From an uncultured Nitrososphaerales archaeon (GTDB taxonomy: Archaea; Thermoproteota; Nitrososphaeria; Nitrososphaerales; Nitrososphaeraceae), in contig CAVPXM010000047.1 of the NCBI GenBank assembly GCA_963709405.1, positions 32,001 through 96,000 on the forward strand: a stretch of DNA of 64,000 nt, in the 5' to 3' direction. The position numbers were made by a program, and so were the translations under genes. Numbering within the stretch: position 1 is the first letter of the stretch; each line of letters starts with the position of its first letter. Shown piece by piece: positions 1 to 9,725 of this stretch. A model generated the notes under the pieces. The model saw only the letters and a program-made list of their open reading frames with translations. It had not been told where the DNA came from and did not search any database.

Positions 1-199
1 GGAGCTGCAGTACGGTCTCTGGGTCAGCAGAGCACCACGCCACAATGTCCTTAACTTTTCTTAACATACCTAGGGACTGTTTATTTTCAGGGACAATTGT
101 TGCATTGAACTTTTTTCCTAAATTAAGGTATTCAAGAGTAGAATTTGCCCAATATGGAACGTTGACTGTACCTTTAATTCTGACAACTAGATAGGCCAT
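1..199 (-). CDS. rpl30p: 50S ribosomal protein uL30 (partial, runs off window start)
   Basis: Manual translation from ATG at 199: MAYLVVRIKGTVNVPYWANSTLEYLNLGKKFNATIV; directly follows rps5 as in the spc operon; not in ORF track. Confidence 0.92.
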   Translation of the reverse strand, partial: MAYLVVRIKGTVNVPYWANSTLEYLNLGKKFNATIVPENKQSLGMLRKVKDIVAWCSADPETVLQL

Positions 200-204
200 A
201 TTAT

Positions 205-840
205 TCATCCAGTCACATATGTGCTCCGGAGAGCAGAAAAGATTGCCTTCGATGTAGACGACATAGTACTTGTTGAGCCGAAAGATTTTGTCCAGGTATC
301 TTTCAAACCAGCAAGCTTCAGCAAATTTTTGATATTTTCTCCTGCCACCAAGCCCAGACCTCTCGGCCCCGGAATAATCTCAATTGTTACACTGCCACCT
401 CTACCTCTGACCTTGAATGGTATCGAGTGGAATTGCGCACACCTACACTCCCAACTTCCACATCCCAACTTTACCGGAATAACGTTAAGATAAGCTGAAT
501 TAGTTGCCTTATCGATTGCTATACGCATTTGAGAGGCCTTTCCCTTGCCTATTCCAAACCACCCAGCTTCATTTCCTACTGCAACAAGCGCATTAAACCT
601 GGTCATTTCCCCGGCATCAGTCTGTTTTTGGACTATGCCAACGTGAATAACCTCACTCTTTATGTCAGGCAATAAATGTCGGACAATTTCGGATTCTTGG
701 ATCCTCATTCCATTCTCATAAACCTCATCCATTGATTTGATCTTTCCCGTTGAAACCATGATCCCAAGGCTTGTACGTGGTTTCCATTCTGCTAGTGAAG
801 GTTGTTGTCTGCTCTGAGGAGGCGAATACTGTCTACTCAA
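205..840 (-). CDS. rps5: 30S ribosomal protein uS5
   Basis: WKPRTSLG, VQKQTDAG, GCGSWEC, PRGLGLVAG archaeal S5 motifs. Confidence 0.97.
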   Translation of the reverse strand: MSRQYSPPQSRQQPSLAEWKPRTSLGIMVSTGKIKSMDEVYENGMRIQESEIVRHLLPDIKSEVIHVGIVQKQTDAGEMTRFNALVAVGNEAGWFGIGKGKASQMRIAIDKATNSAYLNVIPVKLGCGSWECRCAQFHSIPFKVRGRGGSVTIEIIPGPRGLGLVAGENIKNLLKLAGLKDTWTKSFGSTSTMSSTSKAIFSALRSTYVTG

Positions 841-848
841 TTAGCTCA

Positions 849-1538
849 TCACCTTGCTTCAGATCCGGATTTCTCCTTAGATTGTGCTGGCCCTTTTTCA
901 ATCGCTTCGGTCATTTTAACCTTCGACTTTTGGTCTTCGTTGGGTTTTGATCCTTGTTTATCGCTTTTGCTGGGAAGCCTTTCCATAAGAACGCCTTTTA
1001 CCTTCTGTACATGAGCTGGATAATCTTCAGGCTTGAGACCGTTCTTAAGCAATAGAGAAAACTTTGACTCGTATTCTGATTTATTTTCTTGAAGAAGTTT
1101 TGCATAGCTTGCTATATGATTGCCTTCTAAACGATCCTGATCAGGAAACGAATCTTCTGATACAGGGACCCTCACTCCTGCATCGACTATTCCCTTAAGG
1201 CAAGCTGCAACTCTACTAGTAAATTGATTCATTCCGGTATACAAGACAGCATTATCAAGATTCTTCTCAAGACATTTTTTGCCTAACAAAATTCCGGTCA
1301 AATAGCATGCAGGAAGGCTATTCAGGGATCCGTTCCAGCCTTGCTTTGCAAGCTCTCTGCTATGCACTGAGGCTAGAACTTTATCTCCCTTAATGTCAGG
1401 AGACAACAATCGGGTCAGGACATTTTGATTGGTGATTTTAACGGTTATAAAATGATGACGACCAACCAAAATGGCAGCTCTCTTCCTATAATTAGTCTTG
1501 TGTTGCCTGATCCTTTTTATGGTACGAATATAACGCAT
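849..1538 (-). CDS. rpl18: 50S ribosomal protein uL18 with charged C-terminal extension
   Basis: KTNYRKR, NSLPACYLTG, LKGIVDAG motifs; upstream of rps5. Confidence 0.95.
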   Translation of the reverse strand: MRYIRTIKRIRQHKTNYRKRAAILVGRHHFITVKITNQNVLTRLLSPDIKGDKVLASVHSRELAKQGWNGSLNSLPACYLTGILLGKKCLEKNLDNAVLYTGMNQFTSRVAACLKGIVDAGVRVPVSEDSFPDQDRLEGNHIASYAKLLQENKSEYESKFSLLLKNGLKPEDYPAHVQKVKGVLMERLPSKSDKQGSKPNEDQKSKVKMTEAIEKGPAQSKEKSGSEAR

Positions 1539-1638
1539 TTTAACGATTCTCCGTCATTTCAAAGATTATGACCCAAACCATCCATAGCACTTATAAACGT
1601 TCTAACGTTCAAAAACGCTTCTCTTCTGCTACAAGTAG

Positions 1639-2448
1639 CTAAGCCGACTTCTCTGTGGATAGATCAGCTCTTGTAGCGTACAGGCGTTTTGCGATCAAAG
1701 CTGCGAAGGCACCTGCCCCAATGCCATTATCAATATTTACGACGGCTAATCCAAATGTACAACTTTGAAGCATCGAGGCAAGGGCGGCTACTCCTGCTGA
1801 TCCGAATCCGTAACCGATCGAGGTTGGAACCCCGATCACAGGAAGGCTCACCATTGAAGAGACTACTGAAGCAAGGGCACCCTCCATTCCTGCAACAACA
1901 ACTATAGCCTCTACATTCTCCTCCATCATCTGTCGAAGGGCAGGAAAGAGTCTATGTAGGCCGGCGATACCTACGTCGTAGCTCAGAACCGAGTCACACT
2001 CCATAGATTTGGCAATTATCCTAGACTCTTCCGCAACTCCTATATCTGAAGTACCGGCACAGATTATCCCTATTTTTGGTCTAGACTCGTTTATGGCCAA
2101 AGATTTCCGTGAAACTAAAATCGTAGTACTCAACTTACCAACTTCCACATTAAAAGATCTCTTCTTTAAAAAAGTTACAAGCTTTCGTAGATCAGCCTTC
2201 TGTATTCTACTCACAACAACTGAGTTATTACGTTTAAGTGCGGCCTTTACGATCTTGATAATTTCCAGACGCGTCTTATACTCGCCAAAGACTACCTCAG
2301 GGATGCCTCTCCTAATTTCCCTTGCAGTATCTAGTTGAGCGAGATTACCGGCGGCGAATTCAATTGAGTGGACAGAAATCCGTTTTTGCACCTCGTCGAT
2401 ACTAAGCCGACCATTTGCAAATTCCTGCAAGATCGCTCGAATATCCAT
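1639..2448 (-). CDS. larB: Nickel-pincer cofactor biosynthesis protein LarB (PurE-like carboxylase/hydrolase)
   Basis: GIPEVVFGEYK, AGTSDIGVAEE, DVGIAGLHRL, AGMEGAL, PTSIGYG, VNIDNGIGA. Confidence 0.93.
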   Translation of the reverse strand: MDIRAILQEFANGRLSIDEVQKRISVHSIEFAAGNLAQLDTAREIRRGIPEVVFGEYKTRLEIIKIVKAALKRNNSVVVSRIQKADLRKLVTFLKKRSFNVEVGKLSTTILVSRKSLAINESRPKIGIICAGTSDIGVAEESRIIAKSMECDSVLSYDVGIAGLHRLFPALRQMMEENVEAIVVVAGMEGALASVVSSMVSLPVIGVPTSIGYGFGSAGVAALASMLQSCTFGLAVVNIDNGIGAGAFAALIAKRLYATRADLSTEKSA

Positions 2449-2491
2449 ATCTGACTGACTACTATATTCAAAAAACCAGCAAATAAAAGGA

Positions 2492-3407
2492 TTACAAATG
2501 AAGTGTCTGTATTGCTTCCTTTACACTACTCACTCCCTTCGAAAATATTGCCTGCTCGAAGCTATCTAGAGGCAGTTCGATAATCTTTTCCACACCTTGG
2601 GAACCAATTACAGCAGGAACACCTATGCAAACATCGTCAGCTCCGTATTCTCCCTCTAACATTGTAGAGACTGGAATAATAGATCTTTTGTCTTTCATCA
2701 CTGATTCAATCATGGTTGCTACAGCATTTCCTGGGGCATGTGTTGTTGCTCCTTTAAGAGATATGACCTCTGCTGCAACTGCCCTTGTATTTTCGAGAAT
2801 CTCGCTTGCTTGTCGTTCAGTGATAAACTCATTCAAAGGGATACCACTCAAAGCTCGAGTACCTAATAAGGGGAAGCATATTTTCGCCATGTTCGCTTAT
2901 GACCATGGCGTGAATCGAATCATTGGATATCTTTGTGGCATTGTGAATAAAATACTTGAATCTGGACAAGTCTAACATTCCGCCCATGCCCATAACTCTG
3001 TTCTTCGCGGTTCCAGAGACCTTTAATAGTAGGTATGTGAGTGGATCCAACGGATTTGTCACCACAATCGAGATTGCATTAGCCGCGTAATTCTTAACTT
3101 TGACGGAAATATCCCTTATAATATCTGCGTTTGTTTTTAAAAGATCCATCCTAGTCATGCCCGGTTTTCTTCCAACACCTGCTACTAGTACTACGAAACC
3201 AGAACCTTTCATGTCTTCGTAATTATTTGACCCCGATACTTTACAGTCTATTCCTCTTTCTGAAAGCTGATGGTCAATATCTAATGCCTCTCCTTGAGGA
3301 AGACCTTTAACGATATCAAGTAAAAGTATATCATCCAATTCTCTCAAAGCGCAATTTAAGGCCACGGAAGCTCCTACTTTGCCCGATCCGATAACAGTAA
3401 TTGTCAT
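2492..3407 (-). CDS. mdh: Malate dehydrogenase (LDH-like), split by +1 frameshift near 2851
   Basis: GSGKVG Rossmann motif, [24 protein letters not shown]; two ORFs join when one base is removed; likely start ATG 3407. Confidence 0.9.
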
Positions 3408-3666
3408 TAAAAAATTGACAATCATCGAAAGTTTATAAATCTTCAATACTCACTTTCGGATGTCATGTACTGAGATGACCTTAGAAATCTGATTTCCGTA
3501 TCTGGGAATTGGTATAAATTTAATCTTGAAGTCGGTGAACTGATCTCGCTGATTTTAACATCTAATTTGGCTTTTGTAAGGTTAGCGGTCTCTTAATTGT
3601 TAAAAAGTCCAGCCCAGAGACCCAAGTAATATATTGATAAAAAGTTTAATTTAGTTTTGTCACGCC

Positions 3667-4914
3667 ATGGCAGATATTGCAATCATTGATTGTCAAATTA
3701 GTGGTATTTCTGGAGACATGTTGCTCTCAGCCCTTGTTCATGCAGGAGCGCACGAGAAAAAGATACTGGAGTCAGTTTTTACCTGCCAAGACTTTCTTAC
3801 AGGAAGTAAAATAATATCTGCTAGTTTCACAAAAAAGTCCTTCAATGGATTTAATGCTACCAGGTTCGAGTCCCAATATAAAGACAAGAGAAGCACGAGG
3901 AAGGGCATGGATATGTATCGGTCATTGGCATCTTGCTGTAACTCTCTCGATTTAGATCTGCGCGCAAAATCATTTGCACTGGAATCCTTTAAAACCATAA
4001 TTTCATCTGAAGCTGAAGTACATGGTGCTGATGTCAACACTGTGCATTTACACGAAACCTCGAGTATTGACACATTTGTGGACCTCATCGGCTGCGCTAC
4101 CGCACTTCAAGACCTAGGCCTATTTAATTGCAGGATCGTCTCTACAAAGATCGCAGTTGGAGGTGGCACAGTAAAATTTTCACATGGAACCGTGCCTAAT
4201 CCAAGTGATGCTATTTTGCAAATCTTTAAAGGTAAACCTTTTGTCTTAACTGCTGGTCGAGCGGAGGAAGAAGTAACTACGCCAACCGGAGCCGCAATGC
4301 TTGTAAATCTTGCTACCGAGAGTGTTAGTCATTATCCGGATCATCTCCCATATAGAATCGGGTACGGAACCGGAAGAAAGCCTCTGAAACATGTTCCAAA
4401 CATCCTGAGATTGGTTTTAGGCAAATCTCATTTTGCTTATGAAACCAGCACGGACTCGGTCAACGTAATAGAAACAAATCTTGATGATGTTTCCGGGGAG
4501 ATAATAGGAAACCTGATCGATCGTCTGGCAGAATCAAACGTCAAAGATGTAACAGTGGTACCAGGCCTATCAAAGAAAAATAGGCCGAACTATTTGATCA
4601 AGGTCATATGTGATCATACTCAGATAAATTTGGTATTGGACATATTGTTTAGCGAAACAGGCACTATGGGTATTCGGGTTCAAGAACAAATGCGCTTCGT
4701 TCTTCCTAGAAGTATTATAACCATGCCTATAAGTATTGGCGACAATAGTTATAACGTGCGAGTAAAGATTGCCAAGGATTCGCACAATACTATTATAAAT
4801 GCAAAAGCTGAATACGAAGATATTAAATTAATTTCTTCTAAAATTGGGCTTCCTCTGAGGAATGTGATGGAACAGGTTAATGCGCAAATTACTAATAGAG
4901 TACGGATGGGATAG
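3667..4914 (+). CDS. larC: Nickel insertion protein LarC
   Basis: GISGDMLL, EAEVHG...VHLHE, TPTGAA, GYGTG, ETNLDD, KKNRP, ETGTMGIR, AEYED; one continuous ORF. Confidence 0.93.
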   Translation: MADIAIIDCQISGISGDMLLSALVHAGAHEKKILESVFTCQDFLTGSKIISASFTKKSFNGFNATRFESQYKDKRSTRKGMDMYRSLASCCNSLDLDLRAKSFALESFKTIISSEAEVHGADVNTVHLHETSSIDTFVDLIGCATALQDLGLFNCRIVSTKIAVGGGTVKFSHGTVPNPSDAILQIFKGKPFVLTAGRAEEEVTTPTGAAMLVNLATESVSHYPDHLPYRIGYGTGRKPLKHVPNILRLVLGKSHFAYETSTDSVNVIETNLDDVSGEIIGNLIDRLAESNVKDVTVVPGLSKKNRPNYLIKVICDHTQINLVLDILFSETGTMGIRVQEQMRFVLPRSIITMPISIGDNSYNVRVKIAKDSHNTIINAKAEYEDIKLISSKIGLPLRNVMEQVNAQITNRVRMG

Positions 4915-4925
4915 GTTCAAATCAT

Positions 4926-5735
4926 ATGGATTCAACTGCTGGGTTTGATAGGCTCATTGGCTGGTTCGTGGAACGCAGTGAAAGGGTTATCGTAGCTCTC
5001 TCTGGCGGAGTTGATAGTGCAGTCGTAGCCTTGGCAGCGAAAATGGCTTTAAATGACCAGGCAATAGCTATTACGGCAAACTACAAGACACTGGCTATTG
5101 AGGAGCTTGAATCAGCTAAATCCGTCGCAAATGAAATTTCAATACGCCATATAGTAATCGAATACGATGAGTTGGAAAATCCCCTTTTCAGGAAGAATGA
5201 CGAATTGAGATGTTATTACTGCCGGAGCGAGTTGGCGAGAAGACTAGTGTCATATGGACAAAAAATTGGAGTAGATCTGATTACAGATGGAACGCAAGTA
5301 GACGATGCAAATGATTTTAGACCCGGTTTGAAGGCACTGAGTGAAAATGGGATCAAAAGCCCACTGGTCGAAGTAGGACTGGACAAGTCAAGAATACGAA
5401 GTATCGCAAAGGCTTATCGGTTATCAGTCTACGATCGACCTTCAAATTCCTGTCTAGCATCGAGGCTTCCCAAGGGTACAGAAGTTACAGCTGAGAGACT
5501 TGCCAGAATCGAAAAGGCAGAAAGCATAATAAAAAAGATTTGCGGAGCCAGGCAAGTCCGGGTCAGAGATCACGGCGATGTTGCAAGGATTGAGGTCGGT
5601 GCAGACGAGATTTCAAAACTCTTCGACTCTGTCAAGCTTGCAAGTCTTGACCTCAGGCTCAGAATGCTAGGGTTCAGATATGTATGTATCGATGCTCGAG
5701 GGTACCGTACTGGAAATCTTGTTATAATAGATTAA
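4926..5735 (+). CDS. larE: ATP-dependent sulfur transferase LarE
   Basis: PP-loop SGGVDS, RCYYCR, DFRPG, SPL, SNSCLASR, QVRVRDHG...ARIE. Confidence 0.93.
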   Translation: MDSTAGFDRLIGWFVERSERVIVALSGGVDSAVVALAAKMALNDQAIAITANYKTLAIEELESAKSVANEISIRHIVIEYDELENPLFRKNDELRCYYCRSELARRLVSYGQKIGVDLITDGTQVDDANDFRPGLKALSENGIKSPLVEVGLDKSRIRSIAKAYRLSVYDRPSNSCLASRLPKGTEVTAERLARIEKAESIIKKICGARQVRVRDHGDVARIEVGADEISKLFDSVKLASLDLRLRMLGFRYVCIDARGYRTGNLVIID

Positions 5736-5753
5736 TTATCGTAAATTGATATA

Positions 5754-6959
5754 TTGCCACTCGAGACAAAACGATTTCATACCATATATTTGGATAACGC
5801 TGCTTCCACACCATTACTAGAGGAGGCATTCCAGGAAATGATACCCTTTCTCAGGACACAATATGGTAATCCGTCTTCCCTCCACAAGTATGGATTTGAT
5901 GCCAAACGGGCTATTACATTAGCCAGGAGACGAGTTGCATCAATAATTGGTGCATCGGACGACGAAATAATCTTTACCTCTGGTGGTACGGAATCTAACA
6001 ATTTAGCGATCAAAGGGACGGCATCAGAATGTAGGTTAAGAGATTCCAAGAGAATACATTTGATCACAAGTGAGATAGAACACGAGTCTGTGTTGGAACC
6101 TTTTAGAGAACTAGAGAAGAATGGGTTTCAGGTCACCTACCTTCCGGTATCAAATCATGGTATTGTCGATACTGCTAGTTTAAAAGAACAGCTCTCGGAG
6201 TCGAAAACAGCATTAGTGAGTGTTATGTTCGCAAACAATGAAGTCGGAAGTATCCAACCAGTAATGGAGATTGCGAATATAATTCATACAACGAGTAAAG
6301 AAACCCTTTTTCATTGTGATGCCACTCAGGGTATAGGCAAGGTCCCGGTAAATGTACGGATCCTTGGAGTCGATCTACTGACAATATCGTCTCATAAAAT
6401 AAATGGTCCAAAAGGCACAGGTGCGCTCTATATACGGCACGGCGTAAAGATAAATCCCTTGCTGCTCGGGGGAGGACAAGAATCGTTACTTCGATCAGGA
6501 ACAGAAAATGTGTATGGTATTGCGGGTTTTGGCAAAGCATGCGAAATCGCACTTTTAAATATAATCAAGAACGAGCGTGAAATTTCCATGATACGTAATT
6601 ACTTGGTTAAGAGAATACTCAATGAAATTCCTAATTCACGGTATAACGGCTCCCAAATTCATAGGATTCCCAATAATGCTCATTTTACAATATCGGGGAT
6701 AAATGGCGAGGATCTGGTAATGAAGCTCGACGAATTTGGTATAGCAGCCTCTACGGGATCTGCATGTTCTTCCAGGAAACAAAAGTCATCTCATGTTCTA
6801 AAGGCGATGGGATATTCCTATGACGAAATAACGGGTTCACTTCGGATAAGCATAGGACCCCAGAACACAATTCAAGAGATGGATCAATTCGTTATGATAT
6901 TATCAGAAGTCATTAAGGAACTACGAAAATTTTCACCCCTTACTTCCAGAAATCAATAG
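5754..6959 (+). CDS. iscS: Cysteine desulfurase (IscS/NifS class I)
   Basis: YLDNAAST, FTSGGTESNN, SSHKINGPKG (PLP Lys), STGSACSS (catalytic Cys). Confidence 0.93.
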   Translation: MPLETKRFHTIYLDNAASTPLLEEAFQEMIPFLRTQYGNPSSLHKYGFDAKRAITLARRRVASIIGASDDEIIFTSGGTESNNLAIKGTASECRLRDSKRIHLITSEIEHESVLEPFRELEKNGFQVTYLPVSNHGIVDTASLKEQLSESKTALVSVMFANNEVGSIQPVMEIANIIHTTSKETLFHCDATQGIGKVPVNVRILGVDLLTISSHKINGPKGTGALYIRHGVKINPLLLGGGQESLLRSGTENVYGIAGFGKACEIALLNIIKNEREISMIRNYLVKRILNEIPNSRYNGSQIHRIPNNAHFTISGINGEDLVMKLDEFGIAASTGSACSSRKQKSSHVLKAMGYSYDEITGSLRISIGPQNTIQEMDQFVMILSEVIKELRKFSPLTSRNQ

Positions 6960-7006
6960 TTGTATTCTGACAACATTCTTATTCTCGATTTTACACCTAG
7001 GGAATA

Positions 7007-7510
7007 ATGTCCAACAAATCTATGGCGGACACTGATTATCACGTTCCAGACAAGTTCCAAGAGGCACCTGATTTTGAGCTCCCAGATATTAACATGAAGG
7101 CGCATAGGCTGAGCGACTATAGAGGAAAAAAAATTATACTGGCTTTTTTTCCTGCCGCTGAGTCTCCTGTTTGCACTCTTGAAATGTGTAATTTTAGAGA
7201 TTCTCTTAGCGAGCTCAGAGAGGATGGAACAGAAATAATCGGAATTTCCGTTGACGGCCCATTCGCGAATAAGATGTTCGGCCAAAATCATCACATCAAT
7301 TTTCCTTTGTTAAGCGATTATAGAAGGAAAGTAGTTAACATGTATGGGATTCTTATGAAGGACCTAGGTCCACTTACTGATTATGACGCGGCTAAGCGAT
7401 CTATTTTTATCTTGGATAAGGATCAGAAAATACAATATAGATGGGTCTCTGACAATCCGCTCATTGAACCCAACTATCAGGAAATAAAGAAGGTATTGAA
7501 GAGTTTCTAA
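7007..7510 (+). CDS. Peroxiredoxin (BCP/PrxQ, AhpC/TSA family)
   Basis: APDFEL, FFPAAESPVCTLEMC, GISVD, FPLLSD, KRSIFILD. Confidence 0.9.
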   Translation: MSNKSMADTDYHVPDKFQEAPDFELPDINMKAHRLSDYRGKKIILAFFPAAESPVCTLEMCNFRDSLSELREDGTEIIGISVDGPFANKMFGQNHHINFPLLSDYRRKVVNMYGILMKDLGPLTDYDAAKRSIFILDKDQKIQYRWVSDNPLIEPNYQEIKKVLKSF

Positions 7511-7687
7511 AACATATTTTCAAATTCCTCCTGCATAATCCAAATATCAGAAATTCGCGGAATTCTTAGGCTTTAAGGAGAGAATTGCATTTTTTGCATG
7601 GGGTAACGGCTCAAAAAAACTATTGTACAGCCTGTTAGGCCAAATTGCTCTCTAGTCCCAAATCCTTTGGAAAGAACGCTAATGGCT

Positions 7688-8209
7688 CTATTCGATTACT
7701 GCTATGATATCATATCTAGCAACAGCTGCTCCCTTTTTTACCCTAAGTTCCTTCACTATCCCGTCTTTATGCGCCTTCACTGCAACCTGCATCTTCATTG
7801 ATTCCAACACAACAAGAGAATCCCCTTTTTTTACCTCTGTTTTAACTGCCGTAAGGACATTGACGACCCGGCCTGGAATTTGACTGACTAGGATATTCCC
7901 TCCACCTGTCTTTGAAGTTAGAGATAACGATTTTTCAAGAATTTCAGTCAACTTAGAATGTTGCTTGACCGTATGGAGACGACCATTAATGGATAATCTA
8001 ACTTCCGAACTTCCAGATTGGATAATCTTTGCAGAATAAAAGGAATCGTCTAGAATGAACTCGAAAAGATCTGATCCAGATTTTAATAGTCTAACTTGAT
8101 ACTCCCTTCCGTCTATCTTTACAAGAATCAATCCCTTCTCAAGAGATCTAACTATTTCACCATGTACGATTTCTTTAGTACCACTAATCTCAAAATCCAT
8201 GTGACTCAC
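7688..8209 (-). CDS. accB: Biotin carboxyl carrier subunit of acetyl/propionyl-CoA carboxylase
   Basis: LESMKM biotinylation motif in C-terminal biotinyl domain; last gene of the carboxylase operon. Confidence 0.92.
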   Translation of the reverse strand: MSHMDFEISGTKEIVHGEIVRSLEKGLILVKIDGREYQVRLLKSGSDLFEFILDDSFYSAKIIQSGSSEVRLSINGRLHTVKQHSKLTEILEKSLSLTSKTGGGNILVSQIPGRVVNVLTAVKTEVKKGDSLVVLESMKMQVAVKAHKDGIVKELRVKKGAAVARYDIIAVIE

Positions 8210-9712
8210 TCCTTATCTTTCCAGTCCATTCTTTGTCCGGAACTGGTACTATGATGATATAAATGACTCTTCTTGACAAATTCAGATCGCAGCAGTATGG
8301 CTGAGACAGCTGAAATCAAATCCTTTTTTGTGCTTTCTAGTGCGTCATGATTCATCTTGTCTAATATACTAAATCTTTCGAGATAATCAGTTGAAAGTTC
8401 TCCCTTTATAAAATTCACCTCATCCATTATGGTCTTAAACAGTGGTATAGTAGTATTAATCCCTTCAACAGTAAATTCACCTAAGGCATTTTTCGTCCGA
8501 ACTCGAGACTCCTCGAAATCATTGCCCCATGCTATCAATTTTGCTACTAACGAATCATAATATCCTGACACGGTACAACCTGGATATAGATACGTATCAA
8601 CTCTTATTCCTGGCCCATATGGGATAGTGCAATTGGGCACAGTCCCTACCGAAGGTGCGAAGCCATAAAACGGATCTTCGGCATTAATTCTGCATTCTAT
8701 CGCACAGCCGTGTAAGCTCAAATCCTCTTGTTTGAAAGGAATTCCTTCTTCTTGTGCAATTGAAATTTGGAGTTTAACAAGATCGATCCCAGTGACAAGC
8801 TCAGTAACAGGATGCTCAACTTGCAGTCTAGAATTAATTTCAATGAAATAGAAATTTCCTTGTTCATCTCGAAGAAACTCTGCAGTGCCTGCGTTCAGGT
8901 AGTCAACAGCTTCTGCAGCTCTCACCGCTATTTCTCCAATTTGATTTCTGGTCTTTTGATCCAACACCGTTGAAGGAGACATTTCAACAAGCTTTTGGTG
9001 CCTTCTCTGTATAGAGCATTCCCTCTCGAAGAGGTGTCTAGTTTGTCCTTGGGAATCTCTTACTAATTGAAATTCAATATGCCTTATCCGCTCTAAATAT
9101 TTTTCAACGTATAGAGCAGCCTTTCCGAATGCGGCCTTTGATTCTGCTGCCAGCCATTTCAAATTCTTGACGCAGCTGCTTCTCATCATTAGCAAGTCTA
9201 ATACCTCTACCTCCACCCCCGAACGCAGATTTTAATAATACAGGATAGCCAGCGGTGGCGGCTATATCGACTGCTTCTTCCATATCATTAATAATTCCGT
9301 CGCTTCCAGGAACAAATGGGATGTCTGCCTTTTTCATTATAGCCTTGCATTTCATTTTATCACCTGTAATTTCCATAGCTTTTTTCTTGGGACCGATAAA
9401 TATAATCCCGTTTTTTGAACATAATTCAGGAAAATTTTCGTTTTCGGACAGAAATCCATAACCAGGATGAATAGCGTCCGCACCCACCCTTGTTGCAATC
9501 TCGATGATCTTCCCTATGTCAAGATAGCTTTCTGAAGGCGATGGTGGTCCCAAATAATAGGCTTTGTCTGCTCTCCTTACGTGAATAGATCTCGTGTCTT
9601 CGTCTGAATATAGTGCGATTGACTTAATCCCTAATTCGCCACATGCGCGAATAACTCTAAGGGCTATCTCACCCCTGTTCGCTATTAGCAGACTTTCGAT
9701 TTTTTTTGCCAA
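8206..9712 (-). CDS. accC: Biotin carboxylase subunit, split by +1 frameshift near 9150
   Basis: LIANRGEIA, HPGYGFLSEN, GGGGRG, ERECSIQRRHQK, EINSRLQVEHPVTE, YYDSLVAK across two overlapping ORFs. Confidence 0.93.
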
Positions 9713-9725
9713 TCAAACCACATTT

